A stretch of DNA of 63,956 nucleotides, the filler included, from Dugesia japonica (Eukaryota): NCBI GenBank assembly GCA_001938525.1. It is 6 parts of 6 records of this genome, joined end to end, with 100 filler letters (N's around TTAATTAATTAA, not from the genome) between each part and the next. Parts side by side here need not be neighbours in the genome. Positions count along the whole stretch, not along the records: positions 1 to 12,449 come from MQRL01630514.1; positions 12,550 to 20,723 come from MQRL01294422.1; 4 more parts are not named here. One strand, 5' to 3'. The position numbers were made by a program, and so were the translations under genes. The stretch's first letter is position 1; the number at the start of each line of letters is the position of its first letter. Shown piece by piece: positions 1-13,072 of this stretch. The notes beneath the pieces are model-generated. The model had not been told where the DNA came from. It ran no database searches and saw only the letters and a list, made by a program, of their open reading frames with translations.

Positions 1-999
1 GATGTGTCACTCGATATTATTTTTAAATACAAAAAAATAATAATCATAATTTTCCGAAAACAAAAAATTTCAAAAAAACTAAATAAAAAAAATACAATAA
101 TTTTGGTTTGTGATTTTATATAGTTTAGTTGGTAAATTCAAAAAAAATTTTTAATGTAACCAGATATTTTGTTTTCTTTAGTATTGTATCAAATTTTTAA
201 ATAAATATGACAAAAAAAACTAAAGAAAAAATTTTAAAATGAATATTTTAAAAAAACCATTTTACAAAAAAAAATTTTAAAAATTTTTAAAAAAAAATAA
301 AAAATATTAATAAAAAACAAAAAAAATTGCATTTAAAAAGAAAAAAATAATGTTACCCCTGCTTGCTCATTGCACGTACCCACGATAGAGTGCCTCCATT
401 GAAATTGATCCGGATTCATTTTTATTTTAATTCGAAAAAAAACAATGAAATGAGAATCGGTTTATTATTATTCATAATATTAATTATTCATATTATATTA
501 TCATTGGTTCGTCTTAATTTTGTTAAGATGTTTCATGTGTGTGTAGGGGNNNNNNNNNNNNNNNNNNNNNNNNNNNNNNNNNNNNNNNNNNNNNNNNNNN
601 NNNNNNNNNNNNNNNNNNNNNNNNNNNNNNNNNNNNNNNNNNNNNNNNNNNNNNNNNNNNNNNNNNNNNNNNNNNNNNNNNNNNNNNNNNNNNNNNNNNN
701 NNNNNNNNNNNNNNNNNNNNNNNNNNNNNNNNNNNNNNNNNNNNNNNNNNNNNNTTAAACAAAAAAAAGTTTATTAACACAAAATTAAATTATTAAAACA
801 AAGAAAAAAATTTATTTAAAACAAAAGTTAATTTTAAAAAAAAAATTATTTAATCGAAAAAAAAAATAATTAAACAAAAAAAATTTATTTAAACGAAAAA
901 AAATTTATTTAAACAAAAAAAAATTTATTAACACAAAATTAAATTATTAAAACTAAGAAAAATTTTATTTAAACAAAAAAAATTTTATTTAAACAAAAT

Positions 1000-1531
1000 A
1001 ATATTTTTTTAAAGTTATGTGTTTCCGTGAGGAGGGGGGTATGGTCTTTGTTCTGAAATAGAAAAAATTTCGAGAAAAAGTATGACTCATCACAAAAATA
1101 CTTTGGGTTAAAATGTCTTTGTTCTGACATAGAAAAATTTTCGAAAAAAAGTATGACTGATCACAAGAAAGTGGCGGAGAAAAAAGTGGGCGGGAAAAAA
1201 AAGTGGCGGAGAAAAAAGTGGGCGCAACAAAAAAGTGGGCGGAGCAAAAGATAAAAAGTGGGCGTGAATAAAAAAGTGAGCGGAGCAAAAAGATAAAAAG
1301 TGGGAGTGGCCAAAAAAGTGGGAGTGGCCAAAAAAGTGGGCGGTGCAAAAAGATAACAAGGTGGTCGTGGCCAAAAAAGTGGGCGGAGCAAAAGATAAAA
1401 AGTGGGCGGGCAAAGGATAAAAAGTGGGCGGAGTCCAAAAAGGGCGGAGTCCAAAAGTAGGCGGGGCTATGACTCATCGGGGGTACCATCCCTCGAGGGG
1501 CCCTGGTTTGGTGCGCTCATATCTACTTACT
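1000..1531 (-). mobile_element. Polinton/Maverick-type terminal repeat (right end) with GC-box (GGGCGG) array
   Basis: Ends ...GGTGCGCTCATATCTACTTACT (rc AGTAAGTAGATATGAGCGCACC). A related diverged copy at 47060-47453 ends at the same base. Tandem AAAAAGTGGGCGG units at 1165-1466. Confidence 0.7.
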
Positions 1532-1929
1532 GTCGCTGCCTTCAATTTTACAAATACTGACCCAGATCTGTGGTTGGAATCAAGCCAGTCAGGCGATCCA
1601 TAATTGTTGTATTAATAAAAATTTCAAAAATCATTGACTTAAATTTTGTGTAAGTTAAGTGAAAACTGTTGAACCTAAAGACAAAGGTTTATGGGTGCGC
1701 ACCTCCCATTAAGAGAGAGGTCAACCGCCATAAACTGAAGACCTGCCTTANNNNNNNNNNNNNNNNNNNNNNNNNNNNNNNNNNNNNNNNNNNNNNNNNN
1801 NNNNNNNNNNNNNNNNNNNNNNNNNNNNNNNNNNNNNNNNNNNNNNNNNNNNNNNNNNNNNNNNNNNNNNNNNNNNNAAAAAAATTTAATATGGTGCCTG
1901 ATGTAAACTCACTCTTAAATAAAAATTGA

Positions 1930-2345
1930 TATGGGTTGGAATCTATAAATTTAGGCTCTATAGAAAAGTTATAACAGACTTGCTTCAAACTTATTCATGC
2001 ACAGCAGTAAAAGCATCTATAATTATGGTACTTCAATTTTATATCTGAAGAAAAAAACATTTCGAATTCGGGAGACAAAAAGGAAAATTTATCCAAGTTT
2101 TTATGTAGCCCTCTTCTTAAAAAGATTTGGGACCACTGTTCTAAAGCATATGAATTATGCTCATGTGGAGATGTAAATGAAATATGAAATCTTGAAGCAA
2201 ACTCTTGTTAAACCTTTACTTCAAACACTGTTNTTTGATCAGAAACAATGCCTTTAGGTTTACCATATTTGTAAATCCAGTTATTTAACAATACACTTTT
2301 GATTGTGTTTTCGTTTTGATTTGTTGATACATTAAGACTGAATAC
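1930..2345 (-). pseudogene. Ty3/Gypsy integrase fragment
   Basis: Minus-strand translation NQNENTIKSVLLNNWIYKYGKPKGIVSDQ resembles the rve integrase core; the frame is disrupted. Confidence 0.65.
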
Positions 2346-2829
2346 CTAGCTGAATTGATAAATTTAGTTTAATTCAGAATCTCACAACTCTCCATGCATT
2401 TTTATTGAATATTACAAGATTTTATTAAAATGAAAATGCTGAAGAACAATTCACAGTATTCAAACAAATAATCTGAGAAATTTTAATAAAATATATTTTT
2501 TAAAAATATTGATTTTCCTTTTTAAAATATTTTATATATCATAATTTTATAAAACAAGTTTTATAATTTTAATATATTACATAATATAAAATATCGATCT
2601 TGATTTTTAAACACTTTAATATCATAAAACAATTTTTATAATTTTATAATTTTACCTATTATAAAATATCTATTTAGATTTTAAAATAATTAAGTTCATA
2701 AAACACTTAATAATTTTTAAAAATTTATCTTTACTTTTTTCAAAAATATTTGAAAGTTTCAGAAAAAACTTTTATAATAATATATATGTAATATATATAT
2801 ATAAATTAAAAAATCTCAGACATTTGAAA

Positions 2830-5800
2830 TCAATGAATCGTCCTTACAATTCTGAAAAAACACAACCGTAGGTGGATAACTGTAGGTGGACAAAAAACAA
2901 AACATGTTTTACATGTGATTAAAAAAGCCGTATAGCTAGAGACTGCAATATTACTAAATGCTCAGTTGTGGGGGCAACCATCTTATAAGAAACTGCAAAC
3001 AAACAAGAAATTTAAGATACTATCATGAAGAAGAAGAACAAACAGAATCCTTAATCAACGAGGAACCAGAAAAATAAGACTACAGCGATCAATGGAATAT
3101 GATAAGTGAAAATAAACCATCTTGAAACATTCAAAAATCTACTGAATTAATTAAAATGTTAAAACCGTCACACATAGATAAGTATGTTAATTTTATCGAA
3201 GGAAATGGAGCACGGCCAAGACAAACACTTAACAAATACCAACCAACACTAATATCATTGTCAAGTCCAGAAAAAGAAAGAAATGAACCCAGTTTTGAAT
3301 GTCAGGTTGCAGGGATACCAGTAAAAACTATGTTTGACACGGGTGCTGATTTGAATATTATAAGCCAGAAATTAGCCGAGCGTATCTGTAATCAGAACCT
3401 TGCTGTAAGAAATTTTAAATCTATGACAATTTACCAGAAAGCCGTTTGGATTATGCTCAGCAACAGCGACATTTCGGCGGCTTGTGAATATTGTATTGCG
3501 AAATGAAAATTGGAAAAAGTGTGTAATATATATAGACGATGTTTTAATATTCGGTAAAACTGTACTAGAGCCCAATGAAAGACTGGACCAAATATTAAGA
3601 AGAATAAGAGAAGCTGGATTTAAATTAGCAACAAATATATGTAAATTTTTAAAGGAAAAATACAATATCTCGGACATATAATAACTAAAAATGGAATGGC
3701 AAAAGATCCTGATAAGATAATCGCAATTCAAAAATAGGAGATTTCTGAATTTTGAAAAGAACTTCAAAAATATTTAGGGATTTGTAATTATTATAGACGA
3801 TTCATAAAAAATATGCAAATTTATCAGATCCTCTCAATTCGATGTAAAGAAAGAAAACAAATTTCAGTGGACAAATTAAAATATAGAATAGTTCGACAAG
3901 CTGCGTAAAAAGTGGAAAACAAAGAATGGGAAATATATCTTGTATACAGATGCTTCTCACGACCCAATTGGCGCTGTACTTTCTCTAGTACAAGATGGCG
4001 AGGAACGAGTATTATACTATGCATCGAAGACACTAACAAAAAGTCAGAGACAGTGCTACATCACAAGAAAAGAGCTTCTGGCAATATATGTATTTGACCT
4101 CAAGTTTAAGAACTATTTAATGGGATTATAATTAGTAGTGCGAACAGATCACCAAACATTTAAATGGATGCTTAATTGGGATAACCTAAATACGTCGCAA
4201 TACTGCATATAAAAAGCTGAATTTGAAATCTTTGATATAATCGTAGAATTTAGAAAAGGTCGTGAACATATTAATGCTGATGCGTTTTCACGATTACCAG
4301 ATTGCGAACAGTGTTTAATAAAACACGAGGATCCAAAAAGAAAAAGAAACGTTAAAATATACAAAACAACAGACAAAGATGAGGAAAAAAGTATACGCTC
4401 CGAAAAAATTATAAATAAAATATACTAGGAAGACAAATGGTAACAAAGAAAAGATATAAATTTACGAATAATACTACATGCTCTAGAAAGAGACGAGAAA
4501 ACACTTGGTGACGTAGAGGTTAATCAGGAAATACAATTGTATGGGAGAAAAAGAAAGAACTGCGAATACGAGGTGAGATTCTATACTTAGAATAAGATGA
4601 AAAATATCTTTTTATTGTGCCCAGACATAAAAGAGAAGATGTCATTTGGAAATTGCTTAAGTTATTGGGGCATCCAGGAGTAGAGAAAACAACAGGAGTT
4701 ATTAAAAATGAAAATTTTTGGTCGTGCATGGACAAAAGCATAAGAGAACAACTATCAAAATGTAAGCAGTGTAATGCGCATAAATATATTAACAGAAGAA
4801 TTAAAGCACCATTACAGAATATATCCGGAAAATAACAATTTCAAAGTATTGCAATAGATATTACANGACCATTTAAATCAACGCAATATGGTTATAAATA
4901 TATTCTTGGATTTGTGGTTTATTTTTCAAAGTTTATATGTTTAATTTCATTACGAACAATAACAACTGAAGATATATGTCAAGCTCTTTGGATACATTGG
5001 ATATCCAAGTTTGAAATACCTAGTCGAATTCACTTGGATTGTGATATTAATTTTAGTTCAAGTACATTTCAGAAATATTGCAAGCAATTGGGAATCGTGA
5101 AAACATTTTAATTTCAATATCACCTTCAAGGAAACGGATTAGTAGAAAGATTATTTAGAACCGCTAAAATTATGATTAGCATAGATTAGAAAACAGGCGA
5201 ATTCAAGATTGGAGTACGGTGCTACCAATAATATAATATATATTACGAACAACACCAAAAACGACTAAGTACTCTACGTATGAAATAGTATTTTGGAGGA
5301 AACCTAGAATAGATATGTGGAATTCTGGAAGGAGAGAAACAAACATCACAAATAATTCTGAAAAATATGTAGAACAATTAAAAAGAAATATTATGAATAT
5401 TCATGGCAATGTTAGAAAAAATATAGAAGAGCATAATGAANTTACAACAGCTAAATATGAAAAATATCGATGGAGAGATGAAATTAAAATTGATGTTAAA
5501 ATGCTGATAAAAAATAATGCACATGATAGTTTTAACAAGTGATATATTGGACAATTTTAAGTAATAAAGAAAATTAATGAATGGACTTACACTTTGCTTG
5601 ATAAAAATAGAAACACATTAATTCAAAGAAATNNNNNNNNNNNNNNNNNNNNNNNNNNNNNNNNNNNNNNNNNNNNNNNNNNTAGAACAATTAAAAAGAA
5701 ATATTATGAATATTCATGGCAATGTTAGAAAAAATATAGAAGAGCATAATGAAGTTACAACAGCTAAATATGAAAAATATCGATGGAGAGATGAAATTAA

Positions 5801-6340
5801 AATTGATGTTAAAATGCTGATAAAAAATAATGCACATGATAGTTTTAACAAGTGATATATTGGACAATTTTAAGTAATAAAGAAAATTAATGAATGGACT
5901 TACACTTTGCTTGATAAAAATAGAAACACATTAATTCAAAGAAATTACAACCAAATCAAAAGAATACCAAGAGACGAACTTTACTATGGAGCACACAGAT
6001 ATCAGTAAGAAGTAAACAAAAAACCGCCTTACCAGTACAGCCTGACCGACCAATTGAGAGCGATATCAGAAGACGTTATCCAGAAAGAATGANAAGGAAT
6101 CCGAATCCTCAATATCGATAAACCAAAGGGAGGAGTGTGATATATTTAAATTATAGTAATGTTTAAATATATCAAAATTCAAATTATTGAATATTTAAAA
6201 TTAAATATTCAAAATATTAAAATAAATTTTATTTGTTTTAATATTGATATTTTATTTGAATATAATTTTAACTTGTTAATCATCTTATTATTTAATATCC
6301 ATATTTATATAACATATATAAACAAAACTTCAAGGTCACA
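2830..6340 (+). mobile_element. Degenerate Ty3/Gypsy LTR retrotransposon (gag zinc knuckle, PR, partial RT, RNase H, IN, PPT, 3' LTR)
   Basis: FDTGADLNII (protease), PFGLCSATATF and YIDDVLIFG (RT), YTDASHDPIGAVL (RNase H), HPGV...CKQC and integrase core, in PR-RT-RH-IN order. Many stops and frameshifts; the RT N-terminus is deleted. Confidence 0.92.
6125..6340 (+). repeat. Polypurine tract (6125-6135) and putative 3' LTR (6136-6340, TGTGA...TCACA)
   Basis: AAAGGGAGGAG is directly followed by TGTGA, with complementary TCACA at 6336-6340. No 5' LTR was identified. Confidence 0.55.
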
Positions 6341-6629
6341 ACAATTTCCAACTCTTTATAAAATCAAATTATTATTAATATCTTATGTTCCCCGGTGGAA
6401 TATTAATATTTGAAATCAATGTTTTACTAAGTAATACGAATCAATTAGTAGGTTATGAAAATTGTCACTAAGAATTACAATTTTCCACAGTAATGATTAC
6501 CTTTCCTTGAATGATGCTAGAATGTCACGATAGTGACATTTATATTGCATCAATCTCTCGTTTGTCATGGATTCATCTTGTGTATGTAATACATCAAATT
6601 ATACTTTTATCACATATAATATATTATGA

Positions 6630-6775
6630 TTAAAAAGTTCATGTAAATTTTCAATGATATTTTAAAAGTTCATGTAATTTTAATATTATTTTCACATGAT
6701 TTTTGAAATTCAATAAAGTCCATGTAATTTTACAATGAGGTTATAGAAGTTTATGTAAATTTCAAATAATTTTCA
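6630..6775. repeat. Degenerate ~29-bp tandem repeat (AAAGTTCATGTAAATTTTCAAT...)
   Basis: Four recognisable units. Confidence 0.6.
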
Positions 6776-7249
6776 CATACCTTATGAATATTTCAGATAA
6801 AATTATTTGACTTCAAGTAAATTAAATCATGCTATCTCGTTATTTCTTGTTCTCTCGCACTTATCTTTTTTTACTCTTTTTCTAGCTTATTTATTCTCTA
6901 ACAATTATTGGCGTGTATTTGATTAAATATAAATGAGATTATAACGAAGTATTCCATTATTTTTATAGCAATAATTCAGTCTCCAAAATCATCGAAAATG
7001 TTGATTTATAAATAATTTCAAACGTTTGTAATTGATAATTTACTAGAAATTAATAAAAATATGGTTCGTCGAAATGTATATCTGAGCAAAGCCAGAAGTA
7101 TTAAAAAACATAAAAATTAATTATTATCACTTATAAATACAAAGAATAAGATATTAATAAAAAAAGTACTATATAAATAACATGGTTATTAAACAACACC
7201 ATTATTACCAATCACATCAGCTGCATTAAGTTTAACTTATTTGAAATAA

Positions 7250-7480
7250 ACAATGGGTGGATTACAATCATTATCTGATTTTCATTTGAAATTTTCATCT
7301 AATTATTGTAATTGGCAAACTCAAGACAATATTGACAGATTCTCAAGACCCCACAAGTTTTCGTCGCATAGAAAAATTGATGAAAGCAGCTCAAATCCAA
7401 AACCAAGACTAAAAATTGTTATCGGGTCAAGTAGTGTACAATCTGAACCAAGTAATGATGTAAGCCAATACCAAAAGAGA
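7250..7480 (+). pseudogene. Polinton integrase 5' remnant
   Basis: Aligns by eye with 12590-12800 and with the rc of 63300-63420 (KLMKAA...LSGQxxY). Confidence 0.6.
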
Positions 7481-7519
7481 TTGACTAGGCACAATGGTAC
7501 CTCCAAACTCCTGGACTTG

Positions 7520-8100
7520 GAATTGATGAATTTGTTGCAAAGATTAATGCACTACTATTATTCCTTGGCGTAGAGAAGGAGACTCTTGTTTTACAAGCTG
7601 ATGTCACAACCCGCAGAATCTGTAGTAAAATAGACCTCCCAATAGAGCAAAGAACCAGGAGAAAAAAGCGAATGTATGGCGAAGAATCACAAGATGTGGA
7701 ATTGACATTAGGAGAGGAGGTAAAACAAGAACTCTTGGATCGTGTCACTAATAAAAGTTCTTCACGCATGTAGCAGCTTTGCGACCTGAAAAACAACTTC
7801 AGTTTTCTAAAAGCCACCTAGCATTTGGAAGAGAAAAATACTAGACGCCATCAAAAAACAGGTGGAACGGATAACAAATGTCTACACCGAAATCAATGCA
7901 GCAGAATTGTTAGAGGAAACAAAACAATTTTAAAGGCCCACTGGGACATTTTTCGGCATCACCAGAGAAGAAATCTTACACTAATCAGCGTTAAAGATAT
8001 TGCAATGGTTCTTGACATGAGCGCTCATCGGAACTCTACTGAACCTCACAATTCTTTTTTGGATCTTCCTTATTATGGGCGTCTTTGTGGTAAGCTGTAA
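7520..8100 (+). pseudogene. Probable hAT transposase C-terminal remnant
   Basis: ICSKIDLPIEQRTRRKKRMYGEESQD...LLDRV resembles the basic RxRRKKR segment of hAT/ZMYM-type transposases; disrupted. Confidence 0.45.
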
Positions 8101-9485
8101 AACTAAAATTAAATCTACGAAGGAAATAAATCTATAAACATTGAAACTTAATTACACATCCGACAAAAGCTATTGAGTGACTAGAGGTATAGTTGAAAAC
8201 AATATTGAAAAATTAAAGTAGATATTTGTGGAGGAAACTAGGAAAAGGATCATATTTTAAGAGATATTTTCATGTCATAATATTTCTAGTCTTTCAAAAA
8301 TCCAATTTTATTTCTTTCCTCCGAATACGACGTGTATCTTGCAACCTATTGATTAATGAATTACCAGCATTTTTCAAATAATATTTCTTATCTTATATAA
8401 TAGCAAATGGTTTAGGAAACGTAAATTTTAATTTGAAAAATTACCATCGAGAATATTTTATTGGCTTGGATTAACACAAGTAAAAGTTGCATATCTAATT
8501 GTTTCCAAAAACAATATATTAATATTTTTAATTAATATTTTTTTGAAAAAGATAGTTTTAGAAATTACGAATAAGTTGATATATTTTATAAGAAAAACGG
8601 TCTTTTAAATGATGAAGTTGAACCCAATGATTATATTAAAAATGATAACAATATTTATAATAAAAGACTAAAAATTTCTGTAATTTTTAAAGATTTGCTG
8701 GGAAATGAACTAATTGTTTCACATTAAGAATAATCTGAAGGAATAATTGTAAAAAGGAATCGTATTCAAATACTCCTGAGATGGTTACATATTTAATGAT
8801 TTTAATGTGACAAATGACAGATCTGTGAATATGTATAATAAATAGAAACTTAAACTTTCTGGAAATTTCAAATTTGATTTTATTTATCAGGTAAAAGAAA
8901 AATAACTTAAATTAAGAAATTCATGATATTCATACTGTGGGGAAGTAAATACTTCCAAACTAGAATTAAAAGAATATTATAGAAAGTTGTTGGTTGATAA
9001 GAATTATTTATTGCTTGGCAGAAATAATTATTACTATAACAATTATTATTATCTTGATATTGTTAAAATTAACATTTTATATTATTTTTTATTTTATATT
9101 TTATATTATTATCAATGATTTTTTCGAATTTACGGATTTTATCTTTTCAGTAGGATCATGTAAGATTTATTACTTTATTTATTGTTGTAATTGTAAGGAT
9201 AACTCTTTGGTGTTAAATACTTTATTTGTTATTAATTTTCACGTTTTTGTTAAATTGTAATCTTCGTGTTCAAAAAATGTTATACGAATAATTTTTGTTG
9301 GTGACTTGTGAATGTCTTGAAAGAAAATAAACTTGACATCGCTAACAAATACTATTTCATTTGAAAACTTTATAAGATCCCGGGAATCGCCAAACTTTGT
9401 ATTATTGTGAGATATGATAGTGAATTATATAATATTCTTATATTGATTATTATATTTTAGATATAATTAATTGACATATGTATAT

Positions 9486-9623
9486 AGTAGATAGATAGTG
9501 GGAGTGAAGAACAGCACACATTCAGTAGACCCCCCCCCCGTGTGTAAACATTTATTACATAACTGTTTTTCATTTTTTCTAATGTAAATAGGCGGCAGCA
9601 CACATTTGTGTGCGTTACATAAT
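9486..9623 (+). mobile_element. Polinton-type left terminus (same family as 18580 and 20923)
   Basis: AGTAGATAGATAGTGGGAGTGAAGAACAGCACACATTCAGTAG... closely matches 18580-18720. Confidence 0.7.
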
Positions 9624-10234
9624 NNNNNNNNNNNNNNNNNNNNNNNNNNNNNNNNNNNNNNNNNNNNNNNNNNATATGATAGTGAATTATATAATATTCT
9701 TATATTGATTATTATATTTTAGATATAATTAATTGACATATGTATATGACAATGGATGAGTGTCTAATTGTTATATGATTGATACATATTTATTAGTGTC
9801 ATTTTGTGTTATTAATAAATATTATATGATTAATTAGATTGTTCAGTTCAGTGCTTCTTAAACATTTTACATTCATGACTACATTTTCATCATGAAATTT
9901 TTTACGACTCTAACAATAATTATTATATAATTATTTGAAATTGAAATATTGACATCAATTAATTAAAACAATAACGTGTTGTTGTCTATATAGTTATTAA
10001 GTCTTAATAATTAAGATAAACATAGTCCATCACTCATGTTGAAAATACATACATTGTCGATGCGATAATCCCAATTACGTATAAATTGAAATTCGATAAG
10101 TGCTCGAATTTAATGAGACTTCAACAATTTATTCTCGAACCCAAATGAGGTCGTTAGCCATAGTTTAATAAGCGCTGGTTTATGAAATAAGCAATATATT
10201 AAAACAAAATTAATTTAATTAAGATTTGTAAATA

Positions 10235-11375
10235 TCATTTTATTCGTAGATTACTCATTGCCAGCCGAAAATATGATAGTATACTAACAAAATTTCTTTA
10301 AAAATATTTTAGTCTCAATATTTATACAATTTTACTCACAAGGCATCCTTAAAATACTGTTGAAATACTGGAGAAAGACTAAATAAATAAATTATTCAGG
10401 CCTTTTAATGCCAATTTTACTTGTCTGTGTATTTATCGATAAATATACTATGGCAAGAATTTTCAATACGAAAAGATATATCCATGGAAAACAATGTAAA
10501 TGAATTAATAAATCCCGGTGGGAATTGAGATAAATCGATATTTAGTATTGTTGTATTTGATAAAACATTTCTGAAATAATTATTGATTTTCATCGTTATA
10601 ATTAATCAATCAAGAACTTGAATTCATTAATGAATTTCTTTAATTGATATTTTTTAATGTCATCATTATTTTCATCTCGAAAATTATCCCATCTAAACTG
10701 ATAAATAAATCATTTTCAATTATTGATTGATTATTGCCTTAAAAATTTATCCAATATGTATTTATGATAAATCTTCCGACATTTCTCAAAAGTGGAATTT
10801 TGATTTTCATGACTATCGTGANCACTTATAAAAATATTATTTTTATAACAAACTCATTTAACCTTATAATTAATTTGTAATTTTCATTCTCATCGATTTC
10901 AGCTACAGTTTGATTTTCTTTCAATTCTTTTCCTACAACATTCCAAATACTCATTATACTTGGAAAATAGTTTTTTATTATTGATTTTATGGTAAAAATA
11001 GAAGAGTTTTTCTTTGCAATCAACCAAATACAATGCACCTTGGGTCCAGCCAGAAACAAATCCATTATAACTTCATCACTGAAATCAAAGATATTCGTTA
11101 AAAAATATTAATTTCTCAATTAACCCATTCAAAATGTTCTCAATTTTACCAAATTTTATTTCATCATTTGAATGTAAATTGTAAAAGGTAATACATTTAT
11201 TGTTTATAAGAACAATATTTTTATGAACTAATCGATAGAAATATTTATCATAATTTCCATTTCCTACCAATTTTTTATCTAATTCTTTTTTAATTTCCTC
11301 AACATTCATATTTTCAGTGATATTCATCTTTACTCGTTCACCTGTTTTTTCATAATTTACAACAAAAACTTCCAT
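10235..11375 (-). CDS. Probable host gene, 7 exons, ~292 aa, two N-terminal ubiquitin-like domains
   Basis: Exons 11375-11125, 11078-10863, 10824-10738, 10692-10618, 10570-10421, 10378-10340 and 10295-10235 splice in frame across six 38-47 nt introns (five GT-AG, one GC-AG). Exons 1 and 2 have a UBL-like pattern (MEVFV...VEEIKKEL...YRLVHKNIVL...YNLHSNDEI). Splice sites were chosen manually. Confidence 0.55.
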
Positions 11376-11593
11376 TTTTTAAAGGAAAGATGAAATACAA
11401 GAATTACATTTCAGAAATAATCAAAATTCAATAATAATAAATAAACCAATAAAATTTTAAATAATAATAGTTAAATAATTAATTAATCAATTGACCTCAA
11501 GTGATTCAACCAAACAAATTAGTAATTGTACGACTATTACAATAATTGCGAAAGTAATTGTTGGACTTAACCATTGATCTTTTTTTCAGAACT

Positions 11594-11738
11594 CATTAAA
11601 ATAAAGGCTTCGGTGAATTTTTTTGTTTTTGATAATAAGTAGTATTTTCGATTTAGCCTTCGTCAGGAATTGACTTTTTTCGAATATTCTTATTATTAAC
11701 AAAAACAAAAAAATTGAACGAAACTTTTATTTTAATGA
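11594..11738. repeat. Hairpin/foldback Penelope-derived repeat with decayed hammerhead core
   Basis: ~47-bp imperfect inverted arms. The centre on the minus strand reads AATTC-CTGACGA-AGGCTAAATC-GAAA, the same family as 22446/22870. Confidence 0.6.
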
Positions 11739-12449
11739 AAAAAAATTATTAATATTTGGAAATTAACTAAATGCTCAATTTTTATTTAAATATATAATCA
11801 GTATTTTTATTCTTTATTTATATTTTAATTCATACCAAATTTTTGACATTCTTAACCCATTGTTCAGGTATCATTTTTCTTTATAATTATATTAAAAATG
11901 ATCTAATTCGAATATTTAATCGTTCATCATGTTAATCGTTAATTATGTTCGTTACAAAATTCAAATTTGAACAATTTCAAAAAAAACTGACAATATACAA
12001 AAGCAAGTATAATTTTTGGAATCAAGATTGTAACATAACAATGTAGAGTTCAAAACAAACATTACAAAAAATCAAACATATACATTCATACAAACAGCGA
12101 TTTCTAAAAAATGTTCCATTTAATACCAAAAATTGTTACGTAAATAATCTACGCAACAATTCATTAATAATTATCCCGTGACGAAAAAGTTAAGTCTTTT
12201 TCATTTTTTAACTAACAAATAAAATAAATTTATATGTACTGCATTATATATTCTTGTTTGTGAGTTAAATTGAAAATAAATTTTAGCAGGTTCTCGTGTA
12301 GAAATTGACACCAGTTACTTTATAGATTTTAGTAGATTTCAGATTTTTATTTTGTAAGTGTTGAAAAAATAATAATTCAGCGATTATCGTTTATAATTTC
12401 ATAGATTTTGTATTTAAACATGGTTTCTACAAATTTAGGTAATTTATTC

Positions 12450-12549
12450 NNNNNNNNNNNNNNNNNNNNNNNNNNNNNNNNNNNNNNNNNNNNTTAATTA
12501 ATTAANNNNNNNNNNNNNNNNNNNNNNNNNNNNNNNNNNNNNNNNNNNN
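12450..12549. other. Artificial scaffold linker (44N-TTAATTAATTAA-44N)
   Basis: The identical 100-bp construct occurs five times; the 12-mer has stops in all six frames. Confidence 0.95.
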
Positions 12550-12589
12550 ATAAACAATGGTTGAAATATAGCAATAACCTTAACTCGAA

Positions 12590-12900
12590 TGAACAATGTG
12601 TGGATTGCAATCATTACCTAATTCTGACTTAAAATTTGCATAAAATTGTTGTAATGGAGACAAAAATGAAGACAATATAGAAGGATCTGAAAAACCTGGC
12701 AAGTTTTAGAAGCATAAAAAAATAGATGAAAGCAGCTCAAAAATTGAAATGACTGACAACAGAGTGGTTATCTGGACAGCTAACATACAGTCGAAACAAG
12801 TCAATGTTGAAAATATTTCCAACAAGAGCATATAAAACATATGGTATTGATGATTTATGTTAAATGTATCTAATGGACATGGTTCCATATTCAAAAATTA
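12590..12900 (+). pseudogene. Polinton integrase remnant (internally deleted)
   Basis: WLSGQLTYS..SMLKIFPTRAYKTYGIDD; homologous to 63045-63420 (-). Confidence 0.75.
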
Positions 12901-13072
12901 ATAAAGTTTACAAGTTTTAATTTTTTTGTTATTTATCTCTGTTTTCAATAGATTTCCAAGAATTTCTCAGTTTAAAGGAAATGGGATGAATAAACAATAT
13001 TATATCAAATGTTATGGATAAAACAAAGTGAGATATAAGTAACACAAATAGTCAATCAAGACAAACATTCTG

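Noticed and set aside
989-1489. Overlapping Pro/Phe-rich ORFs (also 46945-47442)
   Set aside because: Translations of the GC-box tandem array, open in several frames.
5369-5945. ~264-bp direct repeat in the Gypsy integrase tail
   Set aside because: Identical copies flank an N gap; contig-overlap artefact.
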